DNA of 64,000 nt from Octopus vulgaris (GCA_951406725.2 OX597814.1:160084001-160148000), one strand, 5' to 3'. Counted from the first letter of the stretch, positions 25,674 to 39,240 are shown. Translations and numbers: made by a program. Notes: a model not told the origin generated them from the letters alone.

Positions 25674-26619
25674 CATCCAGGAAATGTATGATGTATTTAT
25701 ATATATATAATACATATAACATAATACACACACACACACACACATATAAATATTATTAATCATATATTACATATATATTTATAAATATATATTAATGTAG
25801 TAGACGATGGCTTAGTTGGCCGAAACTTCGAAGTTACTGTCAATAAAATTTGTGTGTGTTCGTATTACATTGATACAAATAAAAAAAAACATGGTCACAG
25901 AAAAAGAATCCGAACAAAATACAGAAGAAAGGTGAAAGGAAAGAAAGGAAAAACGAGCAAAATATTTTCTGTGCTTTTCATTAAGATGTTATAGTTATAG
26001 TGTTCAGTAACATGGTAGAACTTCCTGTGTGACGGACAGCGCTTCCTTTCCATAAGTAGTGCATACATTGTGTTGTGTATATTTGCCTTATTTGCAATGT
26101 CTCTCACCAAAAAGACAAGATAGTTCGTCAAATACACAAATAGGAAGATCCCAAACGAGCTGGCGATAAGTTGGAATTAACGATGGTACAGCTGTGTTGT
26201 TGACATATCTGCAACATGTTAGTTGTGTCAAACATTCACAAGACAATACAATTAGCAGACTGCCAACAACGTCCGGCAGTTGAAACTAGCAGTGAAAGAA
26301 ATAAAATAAACAATTCTATGTTGAAATTCATGAACGCTGGCGCAATTTGAAAACAATAAATACATAAGATTTTTCTTAGCAAACATTGATTCATTAGCTA
26401 AATAAAAATTTAACAAAATAATAAAATAAAATAAAATAAAATGAAACGGATGATTTATTGGCAGAAACGCTAGAATGTCCAACAAAATGCAGGTTCTATT
26501 ACGAAACCATACGGAGGTTAACTTTATCTTCCGATGTCCATAAAATAAATTAGTAGCAGTCAAAAAAGAAAAAAAAACAAGATTGGATATAATAGTTATT
26601 CCTTCCCACTTGTACGTCG

Positions 26620-27260
26620 AGCTGGCAAGAGTCGTTGGAAAACCAACAAAATGCTTAGTGTCATTTCTTTTGACTTTACGTTCTTAATTCAATTTCTGCC
26701 GATATCAGCTTTGCCTTTTATCTTTCCGGGGTTCGATTAAATAAATACCAGTTGAATCTTGGGGTCGATATAATCGACTATACTCCTCTCCTAAAATTTC
26801 AGACAATGTGCATGTAGTAGAAGAGATTATTCCTTCTTACCAAATTCGTAGCTTCGCACTTAATTTAGAAATCATTTACTTTACTTAAGAAGGCGAGCTG
26901 GCAGAATCGTTATTACGCTGGATAAAATGCTTAGCGACATTTTTTTCCGGTTTTACATTCTGAGGTCGGCTTTGCCTTTCGTCCCTTCGGGGTCAATGAA
27001 ATAAGTACCAGTTGAGCATTAGGGTCGATGTAATTGACTAGAACCTCCCCAAAAATTTGAGGCTTTGTGCCTATAGTAGAAAGGATCATTTAATTTATTT
27101 CAGGTGTCCGTATAGCAAAAATAGTAGAGCGACAGATTAGATATTATACTGCAATATATAATGCTTCGAGTTCAAATCCCATCAAGGCCGTTTTTGCTTT
27201 TCATTCTCGATAAGGTCGATAAGGTAAGTACCTTTTATATACTGTATTAATCAATTCATT
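26620..27260 (+). mobile_element. Three diverged SINE A copies
   Basis: Family A core at ~26620-26830, ~26891-27087 and ~27105-27260. Confidence 0.75.
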
Positions 27261-27914
27261 CGCATATATCGGCCCTCCTACACCCTTATGGCCTTGTAGT
27301 AATACCAGAAATTTAGGCACATGAACATGCATGACGCCAGAAATGGCTAGGTGCAATAACATAGAGCTCACAGTACAGTAAACAAAATTAAAGACAGCAA
27401 GTGTTAGTAGGATACTGTGGATATGCAAGCACCAAATCCAATTTAAACAGCAGATTCAACTCTGGGGTTGGTCTTTGTTCTGGTAGAGGTATAAAAAGTG
27501 AACACAAATGGCATTTAAAATTTACAAAGCTGTTTCGGTAAGCTTTTATTAATGCATTCACAGATTTCATAATTAACTAATTTAGATAAATGAATTTAAA
27601 TAGTATGGTTGTTTGATCTCTTTTTTTCTTATTTGTCCGTTTCAGCAACACCTTTTAATCTTCATGTATAATCGAATGTTAAGTTTGATCGAACTACTGA
27701 TCCAACAAACGTTGAACTTGCCCAGATCGATGTAAGAAATCTCACCTGTTTGAAATTTTACCTGATTAAAATTTTATCTGATGGGGGTGGGGGTGGTTTA
27801 TATGTTAAGATGTAATTTTCCATTAATGCATCAATAAAATTCTATCGAAATAGCTGTCGTAAATTTTAATAGCCATTTTTACTTACTTTTTATATGTATT
27901 ATGATATAGTATAG

Positions 27915-28180
27915 GAAACCAACTTCAAGGAATGTGATATTGATACTGAGAACTGGGAGAGAAATGCTCAGGATCAAGATCATCAAGATCGGTGGAGATC
28001 CATCATCATAGGGGGAATAACAACTTTTGAGACCAATAAGACTGCAGAACTAGAAGAAAAAAAGGAGGCACAGTAAAGATATATCAAGAAGGAATCTTCT
28101 AGCCAGAACCTCCAGTTCCACTTGTGGAAGGGGCTTCTGAGCAAGAACTGGGCTCCTCACTTGGGATCCATCAATAACAC
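27915..28180 (+). mobile_element. RTE-clade LINE C-terminal fragment
   Basis: NFKECDIDTENWERNAQD...RWRSIIIGGITTFE...TCGRGF*ARTGLL, typical of the RTE ORF end with a decayed C2H2 finger. Confidence 0.75.
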
Positions 28181-29359
28181 TGTGTAACAAAATTTTTATT
28201 CATTGTCTTTGCTCAGTTAGTGTTATTTCCTATTTATTCTATCTGGAAATCAACGGAAATGACTACTATTCCTTCCAAACTTTGCTTTTGTGACTTGGAC
28301 ATCAATGTTTTGAAACTTACCTATTTTCCATTACATTTAAGACAAATTCAGTGCAGTGTTGCTGAAGCAGAAATATCGTTATAGAAAATATTCTGCTCAA
28401 TATCACAGATTTGCTTGTCAGTTGCTTCAGCTTAACCACTTGAGCATGTCTCTCGGTGGCTGATAATATGTGCATGTCTTATAAATAATAGTAGTGGGGG
28501 AGCATCATAGCCATGTGTTGAGAGAGATTCTTTAGGGTTTGAATAACTATAACGAAAGCAAAGTTTGAAGGACATATTAACCTTTTTGCATACTTTCTAA
28601 GGGGTTAGCAAATAGGAGATAAAATTTGCTACCCAAGGACAAAAATCGTGTTACACAGTGTAATATATAAAAAGGCCATCATCCTTGACTTGAAGGGATA
28701 TACACCATGACGATAATATAGTATAGTATAGTACAGTGTATGGTGTAGTATAGTACCATGACGATATTATAGTATAGTACAGTGTAGTATAGTATAGCAT
28801 TATATCGTATAGTATTCCATAATATATATATAGCATATTTAATAATAGAAAAGTATGAATTCCAGAGCATATAAGGCTGCGTTGCTAAAATTCCATTTAT
28901 GTCAAGATGACTTGACAATTTTGTCAGATGTCTCCGCTGAATTAGAAGTTAGTGTATATCTATGTTAAAAATATTTCACAAATTTTGTCATTTCAAACTA
29001 CACATGCTGATAAATAACTAGCTTTTCTAAAGAGTTCTATAAAAGGTTGTTTTGTATACACAGGAATATACTTCTGACGTTCAAGCATGCATGTGTTTGT
29101 GTATGTGTGAGCGAGCGTGTGCATGTACATGTATGTACATCTATACGTGTGCATGTGAATGTATATATGTATAAATATATATATATATACATATATATTC
29201 ATGCTGCATATATGTGTATGTAGGTGAGGTCTTTTGTGTGCGTGCGTGCGTTTGTGAGTACTTAGACAAATGCATGCAACCTTCAAGCTTGTCCTCCACG
29301 CAAACTTTATATAAATATTACTCTATAAACATTTTGCTGCAATATACTAAGAAAAAGAA

Positions 29360-29379
29360 CAACTACTACTACAACTACA

Positions 29380-29453
<74 letters not shown>

Positions 29454-29745
29454 TAATAATTAAAAGAAGAAGAAGAAGAAGAAGAAGAAGAAGCTCATTA
29501 TTAGACCCAAGGGCAACGTTAATACATTAATATTAGGTTACAGTAACGACTAATAACAATAACAGCAACAATAATTTCTAAGGAAAGGATGAAACGATGA
29601 TTGTTGTTACCATCCTCCTCCTCCTCATCATCGTCGTCGTCATCGTCATCATCATCATCGTCATTATCATCATCATCATCACCATCATCATCAGAGTCGT
29701 CGGCAGCGTCGGCGTCGTCGTCGTCATCATCATCATCATCACCAC

Positions 29746-29795
<50 letters not shown>

Positions 29796-31170
29796 CTGTC
29801 TTTATTAACATCATCATTATCATCAGTTTTATCATTATCATCATCATCGTTATCGTCGTCGACGTCATTATCATCATAATCATCGACGTCGTCATTTCTC
29901 ACATAGACACGGAGACTCAAATATGAAGAAAAATGGAGAGAGACAGACATGATTTCCGTGTTTCTTTCTCTCCCGTTTCCCCTCTCTCTCTCTCTTCTTT
30001 CTCTCTCATCTCTCTCCTTTTCTCCCCCCTCTCTCTCTTTCTCTCTACAAGAATATTTATTAGCGCAGCCGACAGAACCCGACGTTGTCGTCATCACCAT
30101 CATCATCATCATCACCATCATCATCATTAAGAACAACAACAATAACAAAAATAACCACATCGGAGATACAAAATAAATAAAAAAATATAAAAAAACAAAC
30201 AAAAAAAGCAACAACTACAACAACAACAACAACAACAAAAACCCACAGCAGCCATCAAAACAAATATGTTAGAGCCGTGTTGGTGGCGTGTAGAAGTAAA
30301 GGCAAAGTGAAAGTGAAATATTAAAGAATGATAGAATGATAGAATGAAAGAATGATAGAATGATAGAGTGATAGTTGTTTGCCTGCACACATAGCTTTGG
30401 TCTCGTTTCATTCTACACGCATACCTACTCAAGCCTATCATGTGAAGCACACAAACTAACAATAGCCGTTCATTAGCGGAGAGAAATCGAGGCGTTTTCC
30501 ACCATTCATTTATATCCTAGAAGCACAAGTCTTTCGGTGTTTCTAATGATATCTGTACAAGTTTTGGGAAGGTTGTTGGAATCAAAAATGTGTACAGCTT
30601 CAGGCAAAACAGGTTCAGTGATTGGATCTGGAGTGAGTGAGTGAGTGAGCGAGTGAGCGAGTGAGTGAGTGAAAGATATAGGAAGTAGAGAAGGGCTGGC
30701 TGGTTTGGCTGGCTGGATTACTGAAGGGCTGGCTGGTGGGATGGTTGGTGATGACAAAAATGCCATCATATTCATTAGTGAGTGGTGGGGTGGTGGTGGT
30801 AATGTTGGTGGTGGTGGTGGTGATGATGGCGGTGGTGGTAGCAAAGTTGATGGTGGTGACGGGAGTGATGGTGTTTATGGTGGTGGTGGTGGTGGTGGTG
30901 GTGGTGGTGGTGGTGGTGGTGGTGGTAGAAATGGTGGTGGTAACTGTGATGGTTGTGGTGTTGGTGGTGGTGTTAGTGGTAGCTTGTTTGTTACGGCCAT
31001 GGTGGTGTAGGCATGGTGGTACTGGTGGCAATGATGGTGGTGATAGTAATAATGGCGATGATGATGCTGATGGTGGTGGTGGTGGTGGTATTGATGCTTA
31101 TTTATGGTGGTGGTGGTGATGGAGGTTGAGGTTGGAGTGGTGGTGATGATAATGATAATGAATGTGGCGG
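29360..31170. repeat. Trinucleotide low-complexity field ((AAT)n, (AAG)n, (CAT)n, (GGT)n) with a unique island at ~30270-30630
   Basis: Direct reading of sequence. Confidence 0.9.
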
Positions 31171-31360
31171 TTGCAAATACTTTGTTATTTAGCCCTAGGT
31201 CAGTCCTGATCAAGCAGAGAACTACGATAAATGATATTTCAGCCACAACCTTTTCCTCTTTTCAGTATTACCCAAGACTTAGTAATCTAAAGCATCAGTT
31301 CCTTTTTAAGATGGTGAGGTTTGATTTAAGAAAATATTTGATTATTATTCCCAACTGGCT

Positions 31361-31995
31361 AAGGCGGCGCGCTGGTAGAATTGTTAGCACTGCGAATAAA
31401 ATGCTTAGCGGCATTTCGTCCGTCTTTACGTTCAGAGTTCAAATTCCACTGAGATTGACTTAGCTAATCGTTCTTCTGGGTCGATAAAATAAGTATAAGT
31501 ATCAACCGATGTAATCGACTAGTGACCCTCACCCCCACCCAAAAGTTTCAGGTCCTATGTCTATTGTAGAAAGGATTGTTTCCAGCAGGCTAAGGTCGCG
31601 AGCTTAGCATAATTTCGTCCATCTTTAAGCTCTCAGTTCAAATTCTGTTGAGATCGACTTTGCGTTTAATCGTTTCGGGGTCCATAAATTAAGTACCTAT
31701 TTCTTTACTACCCACAAGGGGCTAAACACAGAGAGGACAGATAAGGACAGACAAACGGATTAAGTCGATTACATCGACCCCAGTGCGTAACTGGTACTTA
31801 ATTTATCGACCCCGAAAGGATGAAAGGCAAAGTCGACCTCGGCGGAATTTGAACGGCAGACAAAATACGGCTACGCATTTTGCCCGGCGTGCTAACGATT
31901 CTGCCAGCTCAAATTAAGTACCAGTAAAGCATTAGTGTCGATGTAATCGAATAGCCCCTTTCCACGAAATTTCAGACGTTGTGCTTATAGTAGAA
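31361..31995 (+). mobile_element. Two SINE A copies; the second is interrupted by an antisense SINE A (31698-31910) with a 12-bp TSD
   Basis: AAATTAAGTACC duplicated at 31686-31697 and 31911-31922. Confidence 0.88.
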
Positions 31996-32329
31996 ATAAT
32001 TATTTTCAGCAAGCTGGGCAACCATGTAGAGGCTTATTGGTTGACTTAAACGTCTTGGTGTTGGTGGTAGTGACAATGGTAGCTGTTGTAATAATAGTAG
32101 TGGTTGTAGTAGTAGATGCAATACTAGAAGTGCTAGCTCTTTTGTTGGGTGTGGGTGTGTGTGGTGGGGGTTGCCCTTGTGGTCATTTAGAGTTATGGTT
32201 GTATAGTTGCAGTGGTGGTTCTTGTGTTAATGTAGTGTTAATAGTCTGTTGTTATGGTTGGTTGCTAGTTATTGTTTTAGCGGGGGTAGGCAGTGCCTCT
32301 TGTTCTGATAATATTCTTATAATGGTCAA

Positions 32330-33059
32330 GGCGGCGAGCTAGCAGAAACGTTAGCGCGTCGGACGAAATGCTTAGTGGTATTTCGTCTGTCGCTACGTTC
32401 TGAGTTCAAATTCCGCCGAGGTCGACTTTGCCTTTCATCCTTTCGGGGTCGATTAAATAAGTACCAGTTACACACTAGGGTCGATATAATCGACTTAATC
32501 CGTTTGTCTGTCCTCGTTTGTCCCCTCTGTGTTTAGCCCCTTGTGGGTGGTAAAGAAATAGGTATTTCGTTTGCTGCTACGTTCTGAGGTCAAATTCCGC
32601 ACAGGTTGACTTTGCTTTTCATCCTTTTGGGGTCGATTAAATAAGTACCAGTTACGCACTGGGGTCGATATAATCGACTTAATTCGTTTGTCTGTCCTTG
32701 TTTGTCCTCTCTGTGTTTAGCCCCTTGTGGGTAGTAAAGAAATAGTCATTTCTTGGTAAACACCCACAAAGTTATCAACCACCTCACCAACAACAACACT
32801 GAACACCTTTTTGATCTCCATGTGTCTAACACACGTGGACATGCCTACAAAGTCAGAAAACAACACAGCTCCCATGACTTTCGGAAACATTTTTTCACGC
32901 TCAGAGTTGCTGAAGCATGGAATAAACTGCCTGCGTCAGTTGTTGACTGCCATGACACTGCATCCTTTAAGGCCCTCATGCTTTCCGAAATCCGCCGAAA
33001 CTACACCTGATTATATATACACTTTAGATGAGTTGTAGTGCATCTGAGCACTGTACACA

Positions 33060-33092
<33 letters not shown>

Positions 33093-33470
33093 TTATTTCG
33101 TCTGTCTTTATGTTCTGAGTTCAAATTCCGCCGTGGTCGACTTTGCCTTTCATCTTATCGGGGTCGATTAATTCTGGGATCGATGTAATCGACTGGCCTC
33201 TTCCCCCGAAATTTCAGGCCTTGTGCCTATAGCAGAAAAAATTTAGTTTACTTAAAACGGCGAGCTGGCCGCATCGTTATTACTCTAGATAAAATGCTTA
33301 GCGACATGTTTTCCTGTTTTACATTCTGAGATCAAATTCTGCTGAGGTCGACTTTGCCTTTCATCCTTTCGGGGCCGATAAATTAAATACCAGTTGCGTA
33401 CTGAGGTCGATCTAATCGACTTGTCCCTTCCCCCAAAATTTCGGGCCTTTTGCCTAGAGTAGAAAAGAAT
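32330..33470 (+). mobile_element. SINE A tandem array (head + repeated body units, plus a further copy at ~33257-33470), interrupted by a CR1 fragment
   Basis: The body unit restarts at ...GAAATAGGTATTTCGT (32556-32571) and again at ~33094. Confidence 0.88.
32748..33092 (+). mobile_element. 5'-truncated CR1-clade LINE 3' end with (TTA)n tail
   Basis: NTRGHAYKVRKQHSSHDFRKHFFTLRVAEAWNKLP...SFK is the classic CR1 ORF2 C-terminus, followed by a short 3' UTR and (ATT)n. Confidence 0.88.
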
Positions 33471-35274
33471 ATTCTTACAATAGTCGCTATGATAGTGTTG
33501 AGAGTGACCCATGTTGTAGTGCTGGTTATAGTAGGGGTAGTTGCAGTAGTGTTGGTAGTATCATTTGTTCTTGTTATTGTTGTAGTAGCTACTATGGTGG
33601 TGGTGGTTGTGGTGGTGTGGTGACTCTTGCTGTGATGTTGGTTGTAGTAGAGACGGCTGTGGTAGTATTAGTTTTCTTTGTGTATAGTTGTGATTATTAT
33701 AGTACTTACTGATGTAGTATTGGAGGTAGCTCTTGTGGTACTAGTTGTTGTGGTAGCAGTTATAGTGGTATTGGTTGTGGCTCTTCTTGTGGTGCTAATT
33801 GTTCTAGTGGTGCTTGTTGTGACATAATGATGCCATTGTTAACTATTGCGATGGGAATTGCTATGATGTCAGTGTTGACTCCTCTTGTTGTGATGGGAAT
33901 TGTTATGATGTCAGTGTCGGGTTTTGTTGTGATGAGGATTGCTGTGCTGTAGGTGACGACTTTTGTTGTGGTGGGGATTTTTATGATATCGATGTTGACT
34001 TGTGGTGGAGATTACTATGACGTCGACGGCGAGTCTTGTGGTGGGAATTGCTATCCTGTTGGCGGTAGTTTTCGTTGTGGTGCGAATTGCTATGATGTCA
34101 GTGGTGAGTCTTGTTACGAAATTGCTATAATGCTGGTGGCGAGTCTTATTAATATGGGGATTGCTTTTCTCTGTGATGATTGCTGTGATGTCAGCGGGGA
34201 CTCATGCTGTGGTGTTGTACTAATAATCTTTATGCTGTTGTTGTTGGTTTTGTGACACTGGTTGTTGTTGCGATGTCGGTTGTTAATATATTGGTTTCAG
34301 ATTTTGGCACTAGGCCAGCAATCTTAGGATAGGGATAAGTCGCTTATATCGATCGCAATGTTCAACCGGTACTTATTTTATCGACTCTGAAAGGACGAAA
34401 GACAAAGTCGACCCTGGCAGAATTTGAACTCAGAACGTAGGGATGGACGAAATGCCGTTAAGCAATTTTTCCATCGTGCTAACGAGTCTGCCAGCTCGCC
34501 GCCTAAGTGTTGGTTGTAGTATGGTTTGTGCTGTTGTCTTTGGTTGCTGTTCTGATAGTTGTAGTGTTATTATCACTGATAATTATGATAGTGGTGGTGG
34601 TTCTGATGGTGCTGTGTGGTAGTGGTTGTGGTGACTGTAGTGGTGGTGCTTGTGGTGGTAGTTGCGATGGAGATGGTAGTGGTGGTGGTGATGGGGGTTA
34701 GTAATGGTAGTGGTGGCGGCGGTGGCGGCGATGGCGGCGGCGATGGCGGCGGCGGTGGCGGCGATGGCGGCGGCGATGGCGGCGGCGGTGGCGGCGATGG
34801 CGGCGGCGGCGGCGGTGATGATGGGGATATTATTTTCGTCTATGTTTTTGTTGTTGTTGATGATGTAGGTGGTGGTGGTTGTGGTGGTGATGTGGGCTGG
34901 CCAACCGTGCAGCTGGTCCAAGACCGTAGCCACAAAATCTCCAATGAAAGGCATATTGTACTCCCGAGTCAAAGTCGACGTCCACGAATGATGTGGCGTA
35001 GAATGTGGCGTGATGGTGTTGCGGCAGCGTTTATAGTGTACTAATTAATGGTTGTAGTATTGTTTGCATTGGTAATTGTGGTGGTGATGTTTTGCAGCAA
35101 TTGTTCTGACACTTCATGGGCCTGAGTTCAGATCTTACCGATGTCAGCTGTGCCTCTCATCTTTTGAGGATCAATAACATGAAGTATCAATCTCATACCG
35201 GAATTGATTTAATCGATTAACCTCATCTTTACACACCGGAACCTTCAGCCGATGTTAAAAACAATTATCTATAA

Positions 35275-35416
35275 GGCGCAGGCGTGGCTGTTTGGTAAGA
35301 AACTTGCTTTCTTGCCTCAAGGTTTTGAGGTCAGTCCGACCGTGTGGCACCTTGATCAACTGTCTTCTACTATAGCCTCAGGCAGATCAAAGCCTTGTGA
35401 GTGGATTTGGTAAACG

Positions 35417-35460
<44 letters not shown>

Positions 35461-35695
35461 ATATTTATATATATATATACATACATATGTGTGTGTGTTT
35501 GTTGTTCCCCACCGCCGCTTGACGACCGGTGTTGGTGTATTTGCACCCCTGTAACTTGGCGACTCAGCAAAAGATATCGATAAAATAAGTACCAGGCTTA
35601 AAAGAAAACTAAGTACCGGGGTTGATTCATTCGACTAAAATTTCGTGAAGGCATGGCCGCATTTCAATGACTGAAACCAATAAAAGATAGAAAGG
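35275..35695 (+). mobile_element. SINE B
   Basis: GGCGCAGGCGTGGCTG head, internal (TA)n/(TG)n, family tail. Confidence 0.85.
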
Positions 35696-35930
35696 TAAAA
35701 AATATTGTAGCAGTAAGGCGGTGAGCTAGCAGAATCGTTAGCACTCTGGTCAAAATGTTTAGCAGTATTTCGTCCGACTTTACGTTCCGAGTTCAAATTC
35801 TGCCGAGGTCGACTTTGCTTTTCGTCCCTTTCGGGGTCGATAAAATGAGTACCAGTTGAGCACGGGAGTCGATGTACCTCGAAATTGTTGACCTCATGCC
35901 TAAATTTGAAACCAATAGTGTAATGATTAT

Positions 35931-36298
35931 TTATCTCCGCCTTAGCAAAGCGGAGGTATTGTTTTCAGTCGTGTTTGTTTGTTTGTTTGTCCGTGGACAA
36001 GATATCTCAAGAACCACCCGATGGATTCGGATGAAACTTTCAGGGATGTTTGGCCTTATAAGTAGCACGAACTGATTAGATTTTGGGATCGATCCGGTAC
36101 CAGACAAGGATTCTGGATTATATTTCCTGTTTTTTACTTAATTTTTGAGAGTGGTCGGGATCATTTTTAGTATTCTTGTTTGTGAGAGCAGTCGAGTTTA
36201 TTTCAGATATTCTCATTTTAAAAATTATCCCTGGCTAATCGTTGAGAGGACGTTGGTGTTGTCTTGGCTGAAGTCTGCTCTCTCTGAGTGCTCTTGTT
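35931..36298 (+). mobile_element. Helentron-associated (HINE/DINE-1-like) non-autonomous element
   Basis: 5' TTATCTCCGCC...GCGGAGGTA sub-terminal inverted repeat, (GTTT)n, GGATTCGGATGAAACTT, and a 3' GGCTGAAGT plus GCTCTC/GAGTGC hairpin before a T-rich end. Confidence 0.7.
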
Positions 36299-38150
36299 TG
36301 AATTAATTTTGAAAAAAATTTGCCTCTCACAATATAAAAACATTTCTCATGGCTCCAGCAAACAAAATGGAAAAGGTGCTGCCTCAGAGGATGGCGAGGG
36401 AGGACGAGCTGGCAGAATCGTTAGCACGCCGGGCAAATTGCTTAGTGACATTTTGTCCGTCTTCACGTTCTGAGTTCAAATAACACCAGGGTTGATTCTG
36501 CCTGTTATCTTTTCGGGATCGATAAAATACGTACCAGTTGAAAACTGGGATCAATGTAATTGATTTATCCCACCTTACCTGAACTTGCTGGCCTTGTGCC
36601 AAAATTTGAAGCCAATATTGTGGTGACGTGATAGTTGTTCTTGTTGTTGGTGGTGGTGTTGGTGGTGGTTGTGATGATAACAGACTTGGTTTTGATTCTG
36701 TTGTTGGTGGTACTGGTAGTGGTCTCCGTGGGGTGGTGGGTTAAGGGGTAATGAAGATTGTTCTTGCTATTGCCATTATCGTGGTTGTTGTTGTTATATT
36801 GTTGTTGCTGTTGCCGTTAGCATTGTTGTTGTTGTTGTTGTTATATTGTTGTTGCTGTTGCCGTTAGCATTGTTGTTGTTGTTGTTGTTGTTGGCAACGG
36901 TCGTGAAATTATTTGGCTCTATGTCAGCCCTGATAGGATAGACTTATGATCAAAGGCGATCCAACCGTGACCGGCCGCATTATATAATATGCCATTTTAT
37001 TTTTATAAGACGACAGCGAGTGATCTGAGGAAGGTTTAACTATTTCCTTCCCGTCAAACAAATGTGAAAAGGTTCTGCTACTGGAAGTGGTTTATGGTGG
37101 TGATGGTGGTTGTTGCAGCGTTAGTGGTGGTGGTGGCGACGGCAGTGGTAGTGGCAGTAGAGGAAAAGGTGTTGTTTATGATGGTGGTGATAATGACAGA
37201 AGTAGTGGTAGTGCTGGTAGTGGTAAAGTGCTTACTTTGTTGTTCTTGATGTTGATGATGGTGATGGTGATGGTGGAGATGGTGGTGATAGTGGGGAAGT
37301 TGCTGTGACTGTTGTTGCTGGTAGTGGTGGTGGTGGTGGTGGTGGTTTTGGTGGTGGTGGTGGTAGTGGCGGCGGTGGTAGTGGGAAAGGTGGTTTATGT
37401 TGATGGAGGGTGATGACAGATATAGTGGTGGTGGTGGTGGTGGTAGTGGGAAAGTTGCTGTGGTTGTGGTTGTAATAGTAGTGGTAGTAGTAGTAGTAGT
37501 AGTTGTTGTTGTTGTTGGTGGTGGTGGTGGTGATAATGGTTGGGGGTGATAGAGGTGGTTGTGGTGGTAGCGCAGAAGTTGTTGTTGCTGGTGGTGGTGG
37601 TGGTTGTGGTGGTTGTGGTGGCGGTAAAATTATTTTGCTGATCTTGTTATTGTTGTTGTTGTTTTTGGTGGTAATGGTGGTGGTGTTAGAGATGATGGTT
37701 TTGTAGTGGTTGGTGATATTGGTGGCGTAGATATTGTTATTATAGAGTTGTAGATGCCGCTGTTGTCGTTGTTGTTATTGTTGTTGGGTTGATATTATTA
37801 TTATTATTGTCGTTGGTATTGGTGGTGTGGGAGGGGTGGACATCGGCGGCGTTGGCGGAGGCGGTGGTGACGTTCTTGGAGATTCTGATGATGTAGGTGT
37901 TGTTGTTATTATTGTTGCTGTTGTTGGTTTTATTGTTGATGATGATGATGGTGGTGGGGTTGGTGGGGTTTGAGAAAAGGTAGAGGAGCTATCAGATAGA
38001 GACTGTGTGGAGGGAATCGGGTGGGGCCAAAATTATAAGGAAAGTCTAAGTCTGTCATTAAGAAAGGCAAACAGAGTTCAGTCTAGAATATTCTAAAACT
38101 ACTGGCAAACATAACAAACGAGGGAGTTGCAAAAAAATATATATATATAA

Positions 38151-38151
<1 letters not shown>

Positions 38152-38237
<86 letters not shown>

Positions 38238-38799
38238 GAAAAAAGAAAAATTGGGTTTTAAAAAAAAGACACGTCAAATTTGGAAAAAGAATATATTTGA
38301 GAGAAAAAAATTTTAACGAAGAGATATTTTTAAAAAATACTCGACAAAAGGGAGAAATAATCAAAAATTCTTTCTGTAGGAAAAAATATAAATGAATGGA
38401 TAAATAAAAATTAAAGGGAAAAGTGCTTTCATATATGCTAAAATGGTATGATGGCATTGATGTAGAATATATTCATTAAGCAAGAACGAAATGTAGAAAA
38501 ACAGATAGAAGAAAATATAGCGAGAAAGTGAGAGACGAGTCTGGAGTAGAGGTGGGAGGGGAGGTTGAGGGAGGAGGGGTAGGAAAAGGTGTGGGGAAGA
38601 GATGGGTGGTAAGAGGAGGAGAGAGACGTGAGAATGACATAGAAGAGTGAAAGTGAAAGTGAAAGTACTGAAGAAAAAAGACTTGAGTGGGCGAGAAAGT
38701 GTAGACGAAGAAAGAGAGTGGAATAGAGTGAGATGAGAAAATGTGAGAGAGAAAGTGTGTGAAAGTGTGTGTAAGAGAGAGAGGGGGAAGGAGGGAGAA

Positions 38800-38839
<40 letters not shown>

Positions 38840-39174
38840 GATATGTGCGTGTGATATTGAAATAGAGAGAGAAAAGAAGGGAAGGGGAATCAAGAGAGAG
38901 AAGTGATAAGAAATAAATGAAAAGAATTTCAGGAAAGAGATAGAAAGGAAATTAACAGAATGTAGAAATGAATAGGAAGAGAAAAAAAACTTTAGAAAGG
39001 GGGTAAAAATTGCTAGAAATAGAGGGGATGAGGAGAAATGATAGGAAGAAATAAGTTGGAGTAGGAGGTAAGTAATGTTAGAGAAGAGAGAAGAGAGAGA
39101 GAGAGAGCAGGAAAAATACGAACTGAAATATATATACATACATATATATATGTGTGTATATATATACACACACA

Positions 39175-39240
<66 letters not shown>

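Larger units (their letters stand above)
33480..37975. repeat. G/T-rich trinucleotide low-complexity field ((GGT)n, (GTT)n, (GGC)n) interspersed with SINEs
   Basis: Direct reading; SINE A copies at ~34292-34505(-), ~35716-35915(+) and ~36403-36615(+). Confidence 0.85.

Noticed and set aside
29519-30214. 231-aa ORF with a hydrophobic start and poly-Asp tract
   Set aside because: Built from (CAT)n, (CT)n and (CAA)n repeats; open in multiple frames.
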